Source of the DNA: an uncultured Verrucomicrobiales bacterium
GTDB lineage: Bacteria; Verrucomicrobiota; Verrucomicrobiia; Verrucomicrobiales; Akkermansiaceae
Assembly: GCA_964445335.1 (NCBI GenBank)
Contig: CAYUKP010000001.1
Location: 1 to 44,918 of the forward strand
DNA: 44,918 nucleotides
Reading direction: 5' to 3'
Shown: positions 25,833-34,501 of the stretch, in pieces
Position numbering within the stretch: position 1 is the stretch's first letter
Layout: each line of letters opens with the position of its first letter
Position numbers and translations under genes: made by a program
Notes under the pieces: generated by a model
What the model was told of the DNA's origin: nothing
Database searches by the model: none
What the model saw: only the letters and a program-made list of their open reading frames with translations

Positions 25833-26165
25833 AATTTTTTAGTAGTATATTACCGAAATTTTTTAATTTGGGTGTTTTGTGTAAACCAATTAAATGTGTG
25901 ATTGTCTATATATTTAATTTTAATTGATTAATGGTTTTTCTTTTTTGTATTAATTTTTTTAATGTTTTATTTGTTTTTGAAAAGCTCTATTCATCATCTG
26001 TTCATTAGAGTAGTCTTTTAAATGGGTAGATTTGTAAACTTTGGAGTCCTGTGAATGTGTTGAGTTTGGTGGTTTGAGAGGAATTAATCAGGCGAACAAG
26101 GTTTGAAAAAAGACAAAATCACCCTCGACACAAAAGAAATAATACGCAAAATCTCGGTACTAATT

Positions 26166-27248
26166 ATGAGTTTAAAGCCTAAACTTTTTTCACCTGGACC
26201 TGTAGATGTTGCTAAGGAAACGTATGACGCCATGTGTGGCCCGACTATTGGGCATCGTGGAAAAGACTTCGAAGAGTTATACGCTTCAGTTCAGCCAGGT
26301 CTTCAGCAAATAGCACAGACCTCTCGACCAGTTTTTCTTAATACCTCCTCCGCTTGGGGTGCGATGGAAGGGGCGTTGAGAAATTTGACACAGAAGAAAG
26401 TTCTTAATCTGTGTTGTGGAGCATTTTCTGACAAATGGTATGATGTAGCCTTACGTTGTGGTAAAGAGGCAGAAAAAGTACAAGTAGAGTGGGGGCAGCC
26501 CATTACACCAGACTTGGTGCGCGAGAAGCTTTCTGAGGGCGGATTTGATACGGTGACGTTGGTTCATAATGAGACTTCGACAGGTGTACTTAACCCTTTG
26601 GCAGAGATTGTGAGTGCAATCCGTGAGTTTGACGACATTATGATTGTTGTCGATACTGTGTCTAGTTTCTCTGCAGTTCCAACGGCCTTTGATGAATTAG
26701 GGATAGATGTTCTTTTGTGTGGCGTTCAAAAGGCTTTGGCCTTACCTCCGGGATTGTCGCTTTTGATTGTGAGTGAGGCGGCTTTAGAGAGGTCAAAGCA
26801 ATTAACAGACCGAGGGTATTACTTTGACTTTCACGAGTTTGAGAAAAATCACAAAAAAAACAATACGCCTTCCACGCCAGCTATTCCACATATTTATGGC
26901 TTGAAGGAAAGGGTAGATTTTATGTTGGCTGAGGGCTTAGAGGCTCGTTATGCTCGTCATGAAGCAACGAATGCGTTAACACATGAGTGGGTAGCAAAGC
27001 ACGGGTTTGTGAACTTAGCCCCGGAGGGGTATCAGTCTAAGACGTTGACTTGTGTCCAAAACAATAAAGAAATAGATGTTCCGGGGTTTGTAAAAGCTGT
27101 GCGTGAGAAGCATAATTTCTTGATCAATGGTGGTTATGGAAAAATTAAGGGGACTACCTTCAGGATTTCTAATATGGGGAATGAGACAATCGAGACCCAG
27201 GCCGAGCTTCTCGCAGCATTGGATGATGTAATCCCAAGCTTCTTATAA
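26166..27248 (+). CDS. class V PLP-dependent aminotransferase (serine-pyruvate/alanine-glyoxylate/phosphoserine aminotransferase family)
   Basis: 360 aa from ATG 26166 (MSLKPKLFSPGPVDV..). The N-terminal 'F.PGPV' motif and the PLP-lysine context '..CGVQKALALPPGLS..' fit class V. The ORF track's TTG at 26103 adds 21 residues that are unlikely to be real. Substrate specificity cannot be inferred. Confidence 0.85.
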   Translation: MSLKPKLFSPGPVDVAKETYDAMCGPTIGHRGKDFEELYASVQPGLQQIAQTSRPVFLNTSSAWGAMEGALRNLTQKKVLNLCCGAFSDKWYDVALRCGKEAEKVQVEWGQPITPDLVREKLSEGGFDTVTLVHNETSTGVLNPLAEIVSAIREFDDIMIVVDTVSSFSAVPTAFDELGIDVLLCGVQKALALPPGLSLLIVSEAALERSKQLTDRGYYFDFHEFEKNHKKNNTPSTPAIPHIYGLKERVDFMLAEGLEARYARHEATNALTHEWVAKHGFVNLAPEGYQSKTLTCVQNNKEIDVPGFVKAVREKHNFLINGGYGKIKGTTFRISNMGNETIETQAELLAALDDVIPSFL

Positions 27249-27266
27249 AAAGGTTATCAACTATTT

Positions 27267-27297
27267 CCAAAGTGTGAAAAAGCACTTTGGATTTTTT
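27267..27297 (+). terminator. intrinsic terminator of the aminotransferase gene
   Basis: Stem ccaaagtg (27267-27274) / cactttgg (27283-27290), followed by a-tttttt (27292-27297), 19 nt after the stop codon. Confidence 0.65.
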
Positions 27298-27361
27298 AAT
27301 GTAAGATAAGACAGTGTTTTTTAAGAGACGCTGTCTTATTTCTGCATAAACGTGGGAATTT

Positions 27362-28021
27362 TTATGTCTTCCCGCAGGCCATTAGTGCGAGCATTCGGCC
27401 TGTTTTCCCTTGTTCCTTACGGTAAGAGTAGTAGAGTTCGGGATTGGAAGTTGTACAAATACCACAATCATGATAGTTAGCTTCTAGCACATCATTTTCT
27501 AAGGCTTGATTTCGGATGAGGCTTGCGAAGTCAACCTCGTAGTTAGGGGGGCGAATACAAGGAGCTACAGTGATGATTAAATCATTAGGGGAGCTCCCGA
27601 AAGATTCAGCGAGCGCAGTGAGAGTCTCGCCTAAAATATTTTGTTCTGATCCAACTCTGCCAGAGTGAACCAATCCGATAGCTTGATTTTTCGGGTCTGC
27701 AATGTAGATTGCGGCACAATCCGCCACATAGATTCCCAAAGTAATTCGAGGGTCATTTGTAATAAGGGCATCAGCATCAGGTAGGATGTTTCCATGCGAT
27801 GCTCCTTTGACGAGGCCAACATTTGTGCCGTGTGTCTGCTCACACCTCCAAAAAAACTTTTCAGAGCCTCCCATTTTATCTACCGCTCGAAGGTGGTATG
27901 GTAGTAAATTGTTGACTGCGATGTTACGCTCAACCTTTACTGGGACATCTGCTACTCTACCTACCCAACTGGCTCGAAAGTTGTGAGTTGTTAATGGTGA
28001 TAGAAAGTCATGAGCGCTCAT
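27362..28021 (-). CDS. pgeF: YfiH/PgeF family (DUF152) purine-nucleoside phosphorylase/laccase-like, peptidoglycan editing factor
   Basis: About 219 aa from ATG 28021 (MSAHDF..). It carries '..EQTHGTNV..', '..DADALIT..', '..GIYVADCAAIY..', '..GLVHSGRVGS..' and '..YYSYRKE..', the His/Cys/His pattern of the family. Starts 19 nt after the marR stop. Confidence 0.85.
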   Translation of the reverse strand: MSAHDFLSPLTTHNFRASWVGRVADVPVKVERNIAVNNLLPYHLRAVDKMGGSEKFFWRCEQTHGTNVGLVKGASHGNILPDADALITNDPRITLGIYVADCAAIYIADPKNQAIGLVHSGRVGSEQNILGETLTALAESFGSSPNDLIITVAPCIRPPNYEVDFASLIRNQALENDVLEANYHDCGICTTSNPELYYSYRKEQGKTGRMLALMACGKT

Positions 28022-28040
28022 GGCGTTGGTGCGAGTGTTT

Positions 28041-28514
28041 TTAGAGTCTTCTATCGAGAACTTGTTTTGCACTTTCTACGGTTTCAACTTCTTCGGAATC
28101 AGCCGCGGACATAATATTGGAAATACTTAGTGCAATTTCTTTTCTCATTTTTTCTACCATATTTAATCCGTTTTCTGTAATGCGAACCATGATCTTTCTA
28201 CGGTCTTCGAAAGCTTGTCTACGTTCCACAAATTCTAATCTTTCTAAACGATCAACAAGGCCTGTAGCGGCAGCAGTGGAATGACCCATTTTATTAGCAA
28301 TGTCTGACATTGCTAAAAATTCTTCACTAGAGAGGTAGGCAAGTAAGAAAAACTGAGGGAACGAGAGTTTTTCTTGGTTGAGTTGAGTGGAGAGGTTTAA
28401 AATACAAGAACGCTGAGTGAAGAGGATGAAATCAGCAAGTCTTTCAACATCTGATTCATTTGTATGAGGCTCTTGTGTAGCGTGTGTTAAATCTGTCATC
28501 ATTAATATAGACAC
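28041..28514 (-). CDS. MarR-family transcriptional regulator
   Basis: 157 aa. The winged-helix region is '..FPQFFLLAYLSSEEFLAMSDIANKMGHSTAAATGLVDRLERLEFVERRQAFEDRRKIMVRITENG..'. The track start is a GTG at 28514; ATG-ATG at 28502/28499 is an alternative. Confidence 0.85.
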   Translation of the reverse strand: MSILMMTDLTHATQEPHTNESDVERLADFILFTQRSCILNLSTQLNQEKLSFPQFFLLAYLSSEEFLAMSDIANKMGHSTAAATGLVDRLERLEFVERRQAFEDRRKIMVRITENGLNMVEKMRKEIALSISNIMSAADSEEVETVESAKQVLDRRL

Positions 28515-28608
28515 AAGAAATATTAAAGGCGTTCAGAATTATTTAAACTTTTAGTATTTATTTTTCCTTATTGTTAATAGGTGTGTAGTATTGATCGGAA
28601 TGAGATTG

Positions 28609-28647
28609 TTAAGAATTGTAAATTTATGAAGTAATTTGTCGTCTTAA
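28609..28647. promoter_or_regulatory. imperfect inverted repeat in the marR / mcsA divergent promoter region (candidate operator)
   Basis: The arms are TTAAGAattgtAAATT (28609-28624) and AATTTgtcgTCTTAA (28633-28647), separated by an 8-nt spacer. The outer hexamers are perfect complements. The repeat overlaps a TTGTCG-N18-TATAGA promoter-like pair just upstream of the mcsA ATG. Confidence 0.3.
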
Positions 28648-28672
28648 TACGAAATTTGTTATAGAATATCGT

Positions 28673-29176
28673 ATGACCTGTGACTTTTGTAATAATATAG
28701 CTATTATCTTTATTACGCATGCAGTAGGTGGAGATGTTGAAAACATTTGCCTGTGTGAGGAGTGTTCGAAAGATCAGAGTTTAATCGTAAAGAAAGGTTT
28801 GACGGAGATCTTGGGAGAAGGTGATATTGTGGCGGAAGAAAACGAGATGAATTCAGTGAAAGAATCCCCTAACCTCTCTAAAACATGTATATGTGGCTTA
28901 ACCTTGGAGGTTTTACAAAAGACCGGGCGTTTAGGTTGCCCTAAATGTTATCAAACTTTTAAGTCTGAGATTCAAGATCGTATAGTCAAGAGTCATAATG
29001 GAGTTGAGCATAAAGGTAAGCAAATTGACATTCCGATGACGCTAGAAACTTTGAAGGAAAGAAGAGAGGCTTTAGAACAAAAACTTCAAGCAGCTATTGC
29101 GAGTGAGGAGTTCGAAGAGGCTGCTCGTATGAGAGATCTTATTGTATCACTTGATACTCAAATTGCAAAGATATGA
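28673..29176 (+). CDS. mcsA: McsA-like protein arginine kinase activator (zinc fingers plus UVR motif)
   Basis: 167 aa with two Cys clusters (C-DF-C..C-L-C-EE-C and C-I-C..C-PK-C). The C-terminal UvrB/C-type motif is '..AIASEEFEEAARMRDLI..'. Its stop overlaps the mcsB start (ATGA at 29173-29176). Confidence 0.85.
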   Translation: MTCDFCNNIAIIFITHAVGGDVENICLCEECSKDQSLIVKKGLTEILGEGDIVAEENEMNSVKESPNLSKTCICGLTLEVLQKTGRLGCPKCYQTFKSEIQDRIVKSHNGVEHKGKQIDIPMTLETLKERREALEQKLQAAIASEEFEEAARMRDLIVSLDTQIAKI

Positions 29177-30237
29177 ACTTTGAAAGTCTAGTAGCGATCA
29201 AACCAAAGGCCGTTAACTCTGCCAAATACGGATGTGTGGTTTCGAGTCGAATTCGTTTCGCGAGAAATATTGCGGATACCACCTTTCCTGGATGGGCTAC
29301 CCAACAAGAGCGTAAAGAGGCGTATGTAGTGATGACCGAAGCTCTGAAAGGTCTGGATATTACTGAAGCGAGTTATAAGACAGAGTTGGTGGAGCTAGAT
29401 GCTGTCGAAAAGCAGGTTTTAGTTGAGCAGCATTTGATGAGTCGTCCATTTGCAGCGCGTTCAGAAGGGTGCGGGGTACTTGTCAATAGAGATAAGACGA
29501 TTTCCCTTATGCTAAATGAGGAGGATCACTTTAGATTACAGGCGATTTTTCCGGGGTTAAACCTTAAGAAAGCTTATAAGCATTTAAGCGAGGTTGATGA
29601 TGTTATTAGTGAAAGGTTAACATATGCCTTTGATGAAACGATGGGATTCCTTACGTCTTGTCCAACTAATGTTGGGACAGGCATGAGGGCTTCCGTTATG
29701 TTACACCTTCCAGCCTTAACTCTTAAGGGACAGATGAAACCTGTGATAAATGCAATGACTCGACTGGGATATGCCGTTCGAGGCTTTTATGGAGAAGGGA
29801 CTGACTGTTTAGGTCATCTATATCAGATATCTAATCAGTCGACTTTAGGTGAAAGTGAGTTGGAGATTATTCAGCGTTTGGAGCGAAATGTCAAACAAGT
29901 GGTAACGGCTGAGATGAATGCCAGAAATAAGATGCTAGCTCACGATGCTGTTTTCTTAAATGATAAGCTAGGTCGAGCGTATGGGGTATTGAAGCATGCG
30001 CATGTTATTTCTTCACAAGAGACTTTAGATCTTCTTTCGTTGATTCGTTTGGGGGCTGATTTGCAAGTTTTTGAGCCAGAGGTTAAGAAGCTTTGTGAGG
30101 AGTTGGTTACGAAGTCTCAGCCTGCGCATTTACAACTTCATGCAGGGGAGAAGGTTGGAGTAGGTGAGCGTGATAAAATTCGCGCAAAAATCGTTACTTC
30201 CCATTTACAAAGTTTAATTCCGCCTGATACTATATAG
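29173..30237 (+). CDS. mcsB: protein arginine kinase (ATP:guanido phosphotransferase)
   Basis: 354 aa. It has '..EEDHFRLQ..' and the phosphagen-kinase active-site motif '..SCPTNVGTGMRASVMLHLP..'. Confidence 0.92.
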   Translation: MNFESLVAIKPKAVNSAKYGCVVSSRIRFARNIADTTFPGWATQQERKEAYVVMTEALKGLDITEASYKTELVELDAVEKQVLVEQHLMSRPFAARSEGCGVLVNRDKTISLMLNEEDHFRLQAIFPGLNLKKAYKHLSEVDDVISERLTYAFDETMGFLTSCPTNVGTGMRASVMLHLPALTLKGQMKPVINAMTRLGYAVRGFYGEGTDCLGHLYQISNQSTLGESELEIIQRLERNVKQVVTAEMNARNKMLAHDAVFLNDKLGRAYGVLKHAHVISSQETLDLLSLIRLGADLQVFEPEVKKLCEELVTKSQPAHLQLHAGEKVGVGERDKIRAKIVTSHLQSLIPPDTI

Positions 30238-30292
30238 AAGAGATAATATTACAAAAGGGAGATTTAGTGAATCTCCTATCTTAAAAACAAAT

Positions 30293-32800
30293 ATGAACAA
30301 TTTTACACCAAGAGCACAACAGGTTTTAGCCTTGTCTCGTAAGGAGGCTGACCGGTTTAACCACAATTATGTAGGGACAGAACATGTTTTACTCGGATTA
30401 ATTAAGCTTGGTCAAGGGGTTGCCGTTAGTGTACTTGAGAAAATGGGGCTTGATCTAGAATCTGTTAGAGAAGAGGTCGAGAAGCAAGTAGGAACGGGGC
30501 CTGAGAGTAAAACGACGACGAATATTCCATATACGCCCCGAGTGAAAAAAGTCCTGTCGTATTCTAATAAAGAAGCTAAATCTTTAAATCATTCTTATGT
30601 AGGTACAGAGCATATTTTGCTTGGACTATTACGTGAAGGCGAAGGGGTTGCTGCAAAAGTTTTGAATTCTTTAGGGATTGATATTCAGCGAACTCGAAAT
30701 GAGATTTTGGCAGAAATAGACCCGAACTTTACAGGTGTTGAAGAAAGTGATGGCGAAATGGCAACAAATGGAGAGATTGAAGAAGGTGAGGAGTCTTCTT
30801 CAAGAGCTAAGACGCCGGCTTTGCAAGCATTTGGTAGGGATTTAACTAAGCTTGCTAAAGACAATAAGCTTGATCCCGTGATCGGACGTGAGGCTGAAAC
30901 TGAGCGTGTCATTCAGATTCTCTGTCGTCGGACAAAAAACAATCCTGTTCTCGTAGGAGAGGCTGGAGTTGGAAAGACAGCTATTGCAGAGGGGCTAGCA
31001 CAAGAGATTATTTTAGGAAATATTCCTGAGATTTTAAGAGGAAAGAGAGTTGTAACGCTTGATCTCGCTCTAATGGTTGCTGGTACCAAGTATAGGGGGC
31101 AGTTTGAAGAGCGCCTCAAGGCTGTAATGGACGAAATTCAAAAGGTAGGAGATGTGATCCTCTTCATTGATGAGCTTCATACTATTGTTGGGGCTGGATC
31201 TGCTGAAGGCGCAATGGATGCTTCTAATATTATTAAACCAGCCTTGAGTCGAGGACAACTACAGTGTGTTGGAGCGACAACTCTAGCAGAATACCGAAAG
31301 TTTATTGAGAAGGATTCTGCTCTTGAGAGGAGGTTCCAACAAGTGAAGGTTGAAGAGCCTTCTCACGAAGATACGGTCTTAATCTTAAAAGGATTAAGGG
31401 AAAAGTACGAAACGCACCACAAGGTCAAGTATTCAGACGAAGCCTTGGAAGCATCCGTGCGCTTGACTTCCCGTTACCTTACGACCAGATATTTACCAGA
31501 TAAGGCGATTGACGTCTTAGATGAGGCTGGGTCGCGCGCACGTATCAAGACTCTCACGCGACCTCCTGAGATTAAGAAGATTGAACAAGAGATCGAGGAG
31601 ATTAATGAGAAAAAGAGAGAGGCTGTAGAAGCTCAAGACTTTGAATCAGCAGCCTCACTAAGAGATGATGAAAAGCGAGCAAAGGAGACCCTTGAAACGA
31701 CTATTGAAAATTGGAAAGTCTCAAGCGAAGAGGTCTTGGTAGATATATCAGATGATGATATTATGTCCGTGATTTCTAAGTGGACAGGTGTTCCTTTAAG
31801 TCGCATGGAAGAAAAAGAAGCGCAAAAGCTTCTAAATATGGAGGCGACTCTGCAAACCAAAGTAGTAGGGCAAGATGATGCGGTAATAGCTATCTCAAAG
31901 GCATTACGTCGTTCTCGTGCAGACTTAAAGGATCCTCGTCGTCCGATAGGATCATTCTTATTCTTAGGGCCTACAGGAGTTGGTAAAACGTATTTAGCAC
32001 GTAACTTAGCGGACTTTATGTTTGGCGATCCAGATGCTCTGATTCAAATTGATATGTCAGAATATGGAGAGAAGTTTACCTCTAGTCGATTGATTGGATC
32101 TCCTCCTGGGTATGTTGGGCATGATGAAGGGGGGCAACTTTCTGAACAAGTTAGGCGACGTCCTTATTCCGTAGTGTTATTTGACGAAATTGAGAAGGCG
32201 CACCCAGACATAATGAACCTTATGTTGCAGGTCTTAGAGGAAGGAATGATTACAGACTCACAAGGGCGTAAGATTGATTTCCGCAATACGATCATCATTA
32301 TTACCTCTAATGTCGGAGCTTCTACGATTAAGAGACAAGGTGCATTAGGGTTTAATGCGATTGAGTCCGCGGAAGATGGTGCCGATTATGAAACGATGAA
32401 GGCTAAAATCTTAGAAGAGTCTAAGAATCACTTTAAGCCTGAGTTTCTTAATAGGCTAGATGATCTCGTTGTCTTTAGAGTTCTTGAGAAAGAGAATCTT
32501 AGATCTATTGTGACCTTAGAAATTAGCAAGCTTGCAGAGCGCCTCCGCCAAAAGAATATTACTCTTATGCTGGAAGATGCGGCCAAAGACTTTATCATTG
32601 AGAAGGGGTATGATCCTGATTACGGAGCCCGACCAATGAGACGAGCAGTTGAGCGTTATTTAGAGGACTCTCTTGCAGAATCTCTCTTGAGGTCTGACAT
32701 CAAACCTGGTGACCTTGTGACCGTTGGTTTTGACGAAGACTCGGGTAAGCTGACCTTTACAAGTTCTGAGGTAGAAGAGGTAGAGACCTCTACTTCTTAG
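30293..32800 (+). CDS. clpC: ATP-dependent Clp protease ATP-binding subunit ClpC
   Basis: 835 aa with a double Clp_N repeat at the N-terminus. The two Walker A motifs are 'GEAGVGKT' and 'GPTGVGKT'. A short middle domain carries the UVR motif (..[17 protein letters not shown]..), the ClpC rather than ClpB architecture. Confidence 0.94.
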   Translation: MNNFTPRAQQVLALSRKEADRFNHNYVGTEHVLLGLIKLGQGVAVSVLEKMGLDLESVREEVEKQVGTGPESKTTTNIPYTPRVKKVLSYSNKEAKSLNHSYVGTEHILLGLLREGEGVAAKVLNSLGIDIQRTRNEILAEIDPNFTGVEESDGEMATNGEIEEGEESSSRAKTPALQAFGRDLTKLAKDNKLDPVIGREAETERVIQILCRRTKNNPVLVGEAGVGKTAIAEGLAQEIILGNIPEILRGKRVVTLDLALMVAGTKYRGQFEERLKAVMDEIQKVGDVILFIDELHTIVGAGSAEGAMDASNIIKPALSRGQLQCVGATTLAEYRKFIEKDSALERRFQQVKVEEPSHEDTVLILKGLREKYETHHKVKYSDEALEASVRLTSRYLTTRYLPDKAIDVLDEAGSRARIKTLTRPPEIKKIEQEIEEINEKKREAVEAQDFESAASLRDDEKRAKETLETTIENWKVSSEEVLVDISDDDIMSVISKWTGVPLSRMEEKEAQKLLNMEATLQTKVVGQDDAVIAISKALRRSRADLKDPRRPIGSFLFLGPTGVGKTYLARNLADFMFGDPDALIQIDMSEYGEKFTSSRLIGSPPGYVGHDEGGQLSEQVRRRPYSVVLFDEIEKAHPDIMNLMLQVLEEGMITDSQGRKIDFRNTIIIITSNVGASTIKRQGALGFNAIESAEDGADYETMKAKILEESKNHFKPEFLNRLDDLVVFRVLEKENLRSIVTLEISKLAERLRQKNITLMLEDAAKDFIIEKGYDPDYGARPMRRAVERYLEDSLAESLLRSDIKPGDLVTVGFDEDSGKLTFTSSEVEEVETSTS

Positions 32801-32846
32801 GAAAAGGCCATAGATTCCATAGATCTTTTTATTTTGGAGATAAAGT

Positions 32847-32879
32847 AAGGTGTAGCATATTGCTACGCCTTTTCTCTTT
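32847..32879 (+). terminator. intrinsic terminator of clpC
   Basis: 11-bp stem aaggtgtagca (32847-32857) / tgctacgcctt (32861-32871) containing one G-U pair, with a 3-nt loop, followed by ttctcttt. Confidence 0.6.
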
Positions 32880-32986
32880 GTAGAGAACGAGTTATGAAAA
32901 GGATGGGGAGAGTGTACATTCTGCTTCATCAGCTTGTTTCGAGCCCTTCCATACCGCTTGGTATTTTATTTGTAGTTCGTAGGTTT

Positions 32987-33002
32987 TGGCATGGATATTG
33001 CT
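32987..33002 (+). promoter_or_regulatory. sigma-54 (-24/-12) promoter of amt
   Basis: TGGCAT-ggata-TTGCT fits the consensus TGGCAC-N5-TTGCW, with both the GG and GC dinucleotides correctly spaced. It ends 26 nt before ATG 33028. A palindrome ATACC-gctt-GGTAT (32951-32964) lies 23 nt upstream. Confidence 0.6.
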
Positions 33003-33027
33003 TCTACAAAAGTTGTCACATATTATT

Positions 33028-34380
33028 ATGAAACATATTATTACTTTAATTGTTATACTATTAGGCCTAGGGTTGACAGCCCACGGTGATGAAAAGCGTG
33101 TTGCATATGATGCGTTGGTTGCTGAGCAAGGAGAGCACGCTTATGCGTTTGATTTCTTTACGATTTCTATGCTTTGGACGTGTATCTCAGCAGCATTGGT
33201 TTTTATCATGCACTTAGGGTTTGCAACGCTAGAGTCGGGGTTGTGTAGAAAGAAAAATGTAGTGAATATTCTTTTCAAAAACTGTTTTATCGTTGCGATT
33301 GGGGTTGTTTCCTATGCTTTGTGGGGATTTGTTTCTCATTACCCTGGAGATAATTGGTTGTTGGAAGGTGTTTGGGCTCTTGGTAAGCCAATTGGGGATC
33401 TTAACGCTGATGGTGGCGGAACCTTTGGTTACGGTGGTTTAGATCTTTGTATGACAGGGTATGGAGATTTTATCTTCCAAGCGATGTTTGCGGCAACGGC
33501 TGCTACGATTGTTTCTGGAGCAGTAGCAGAGCGTGTGAAGCTTGGGTCGTTTATGATTTATAGTGTTATTTTGGTTGGTCTTTTCTACCCAATGGTTGGT
33601 TCTTGGCACTGGGGTGGAGGTTGGATGTCTAACCTCAATGGTGGTAATGGATTTAAGGACTTTGCTGGTTCAGCGGTAGTTCACGCCTTTGGTGGATTTG
33701 CTGCGCTTGCGGCTGTATTGGTTTTAGGGCCACGTAAAGGTAAGTATACAAAAGATGGTGTAAAACCGATTTTACCACATAGTCTCCCTCTAGCTGCGGT
33801 TGGTGTTTTTCTTCTGTTCTTTGGATGGTTTGGTTTCAATGGTGGGTCTGTCTTGTCTGCAAACCCAGGACCTTTAGGATTAGTCTTCACAACGACCACT
33901 CTCGCAGCGTGTGCAGGATCGCTTGGAGCAATGGTTGCATCATTCATTATTATGAAGAAGCCAGATCTTTCAATGGCTCTTAACGGGTTCTTAGCGGGAC
34001 TTGTTGCTATTACAGCAAATGCAGATATTGTTTCTGCTACGGGGTCTTTGATTATTGGATTTATAGGCGGTCTCTTAGTTGTTGTTTCTGTTCTCTTCTT
34101 TGACAAAATCAAGATTGACGATCCGGTGGGAGCTGTTTCTGTCCACGGTGTTTGTGGCGTTTGGGGAATTTTGGCTTGTGCTTTATTTGATACCACAGAT
34201 TCTGGTTATACAGTTGTTGGACAACTTACTGGAGTTTTGGCAGTTGGCGCATTTGCTTTCGTAATTTCTCTTGCTCTCTCTCTTGTCGGAAAGGCCACCT
34301 TTGGTATCAGAGTTGACGAGAAGGAAGAAATTGAAGGTTTGGATATTGCGGAGCATGGTTCTCCAGCTTATACAGACTAA
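33028..34380 (+). CDS. amt: ammonium transporter (Amt family) with N-terminal signal peptide
   Basis: About 450 aa from ATG 33028 (MKHIITLIVILLGLGLTAHG..). It has 11-12 TM segments and '..AVVHAFGGFAALAAVLVLGPR..' and '..FGWFGFNGGS..' motifs. The track's TTG at 32986 lies inside the sigma-54 promoter. Confidence 0.92.
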   Translation: MKHIITLIVILLGLGLTAHGDEKRVAYDALVAEQGEHAYAFDFFTISMLWTCISAALVFIMHLGFATLESGLCRKKNVVNILFKNCFIVAIGVVSYALWGFVSHYPGDNWLLEGVWALGKPIGDLNADGGGTFGYGGLDLCMTGYGDFIFQAMFAATAATIVSGAVAERVKLGSFMIYSVILVGLFYPMVGSWHWGGGWMSNLNGGNGFKDFAGSAVVHAFGGFAALAAVLVLGPRKGKYTKDGVKPILPHSLPLAAVGVFLLFFGWFGFNGGSVLSANPGPLGLVFTTTTLAACAGSLGAMVASFIIMKKPDLSMALNGFLAGLVAITANADIVSATGSLIIGFIGGLLVVVSVLFFDKIKIDDPVGAVSVHGVCGVWGILACALFDTTDSGYTVVGQLTGVLAVGAFAFVISLALSLVGKATFGIRVDEKEEIEGLDIAEHGSPAYTD

Positions 34381-34416
34381 AATATTTAGAGAGTTTATCT
34401 TATAAAAGTATGGAAA

Positions 34417-34441
34417 GTTAGCCTAAGGGCTAACTTTTTTT
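34417..34441 (+). terminator. intrinsic terminator of amt
   Basis: Stem gttagcc (34417-34423) / ggctaac (34428-34434) with a taag loop, followed by ttttttt. Confidence 0.7.
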
Positions 34442-34501
34442 GTGTATCGAAATTTCTAAACCATTGACGAGTTGTAAGAAACCTTTGTAAAAGGTAGGAT
34501 T

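Noticed and set aside
25842-25853. NtcA-like palindrome GTA-gtatat-TAC just upstream of glnII
   Set aside because: The spacer is 6 nt rather than the 8 nt of the GTA-N8-TAC consensus. It abuts the start codon rather than a -41 position, and the gene content gives no indication of a cyanobacterial-type NtcA regulon.
26103-26165. TTG-initiated N-terminal extensions proposed by the ORF track for the aminotransferase (26103) and for amt (32986)
   Set aside because: In both cases an ATG further in gives a protein that starts at the conserved family N-terminus (MSLKPKLFSPGPV.. and the signal peptide MKHIITLIV..). The amt TTG lies inside the sigma-54 promoter itself.
33681-34196. 171-aa ORF antisense to amt. 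Similar long shadow ORFs are 5125-5523, 9214-9669, 25018-25368, 25205-25597, 34514-34963, 12892-13201 and 42448-42759.
   Set aside because: All lie entirely inside confidently assigned genes, on the opposite strand or in another frame. They have skewed composition (P/S/R/A-rich) and no motifs. These are typical shadow ORFs.
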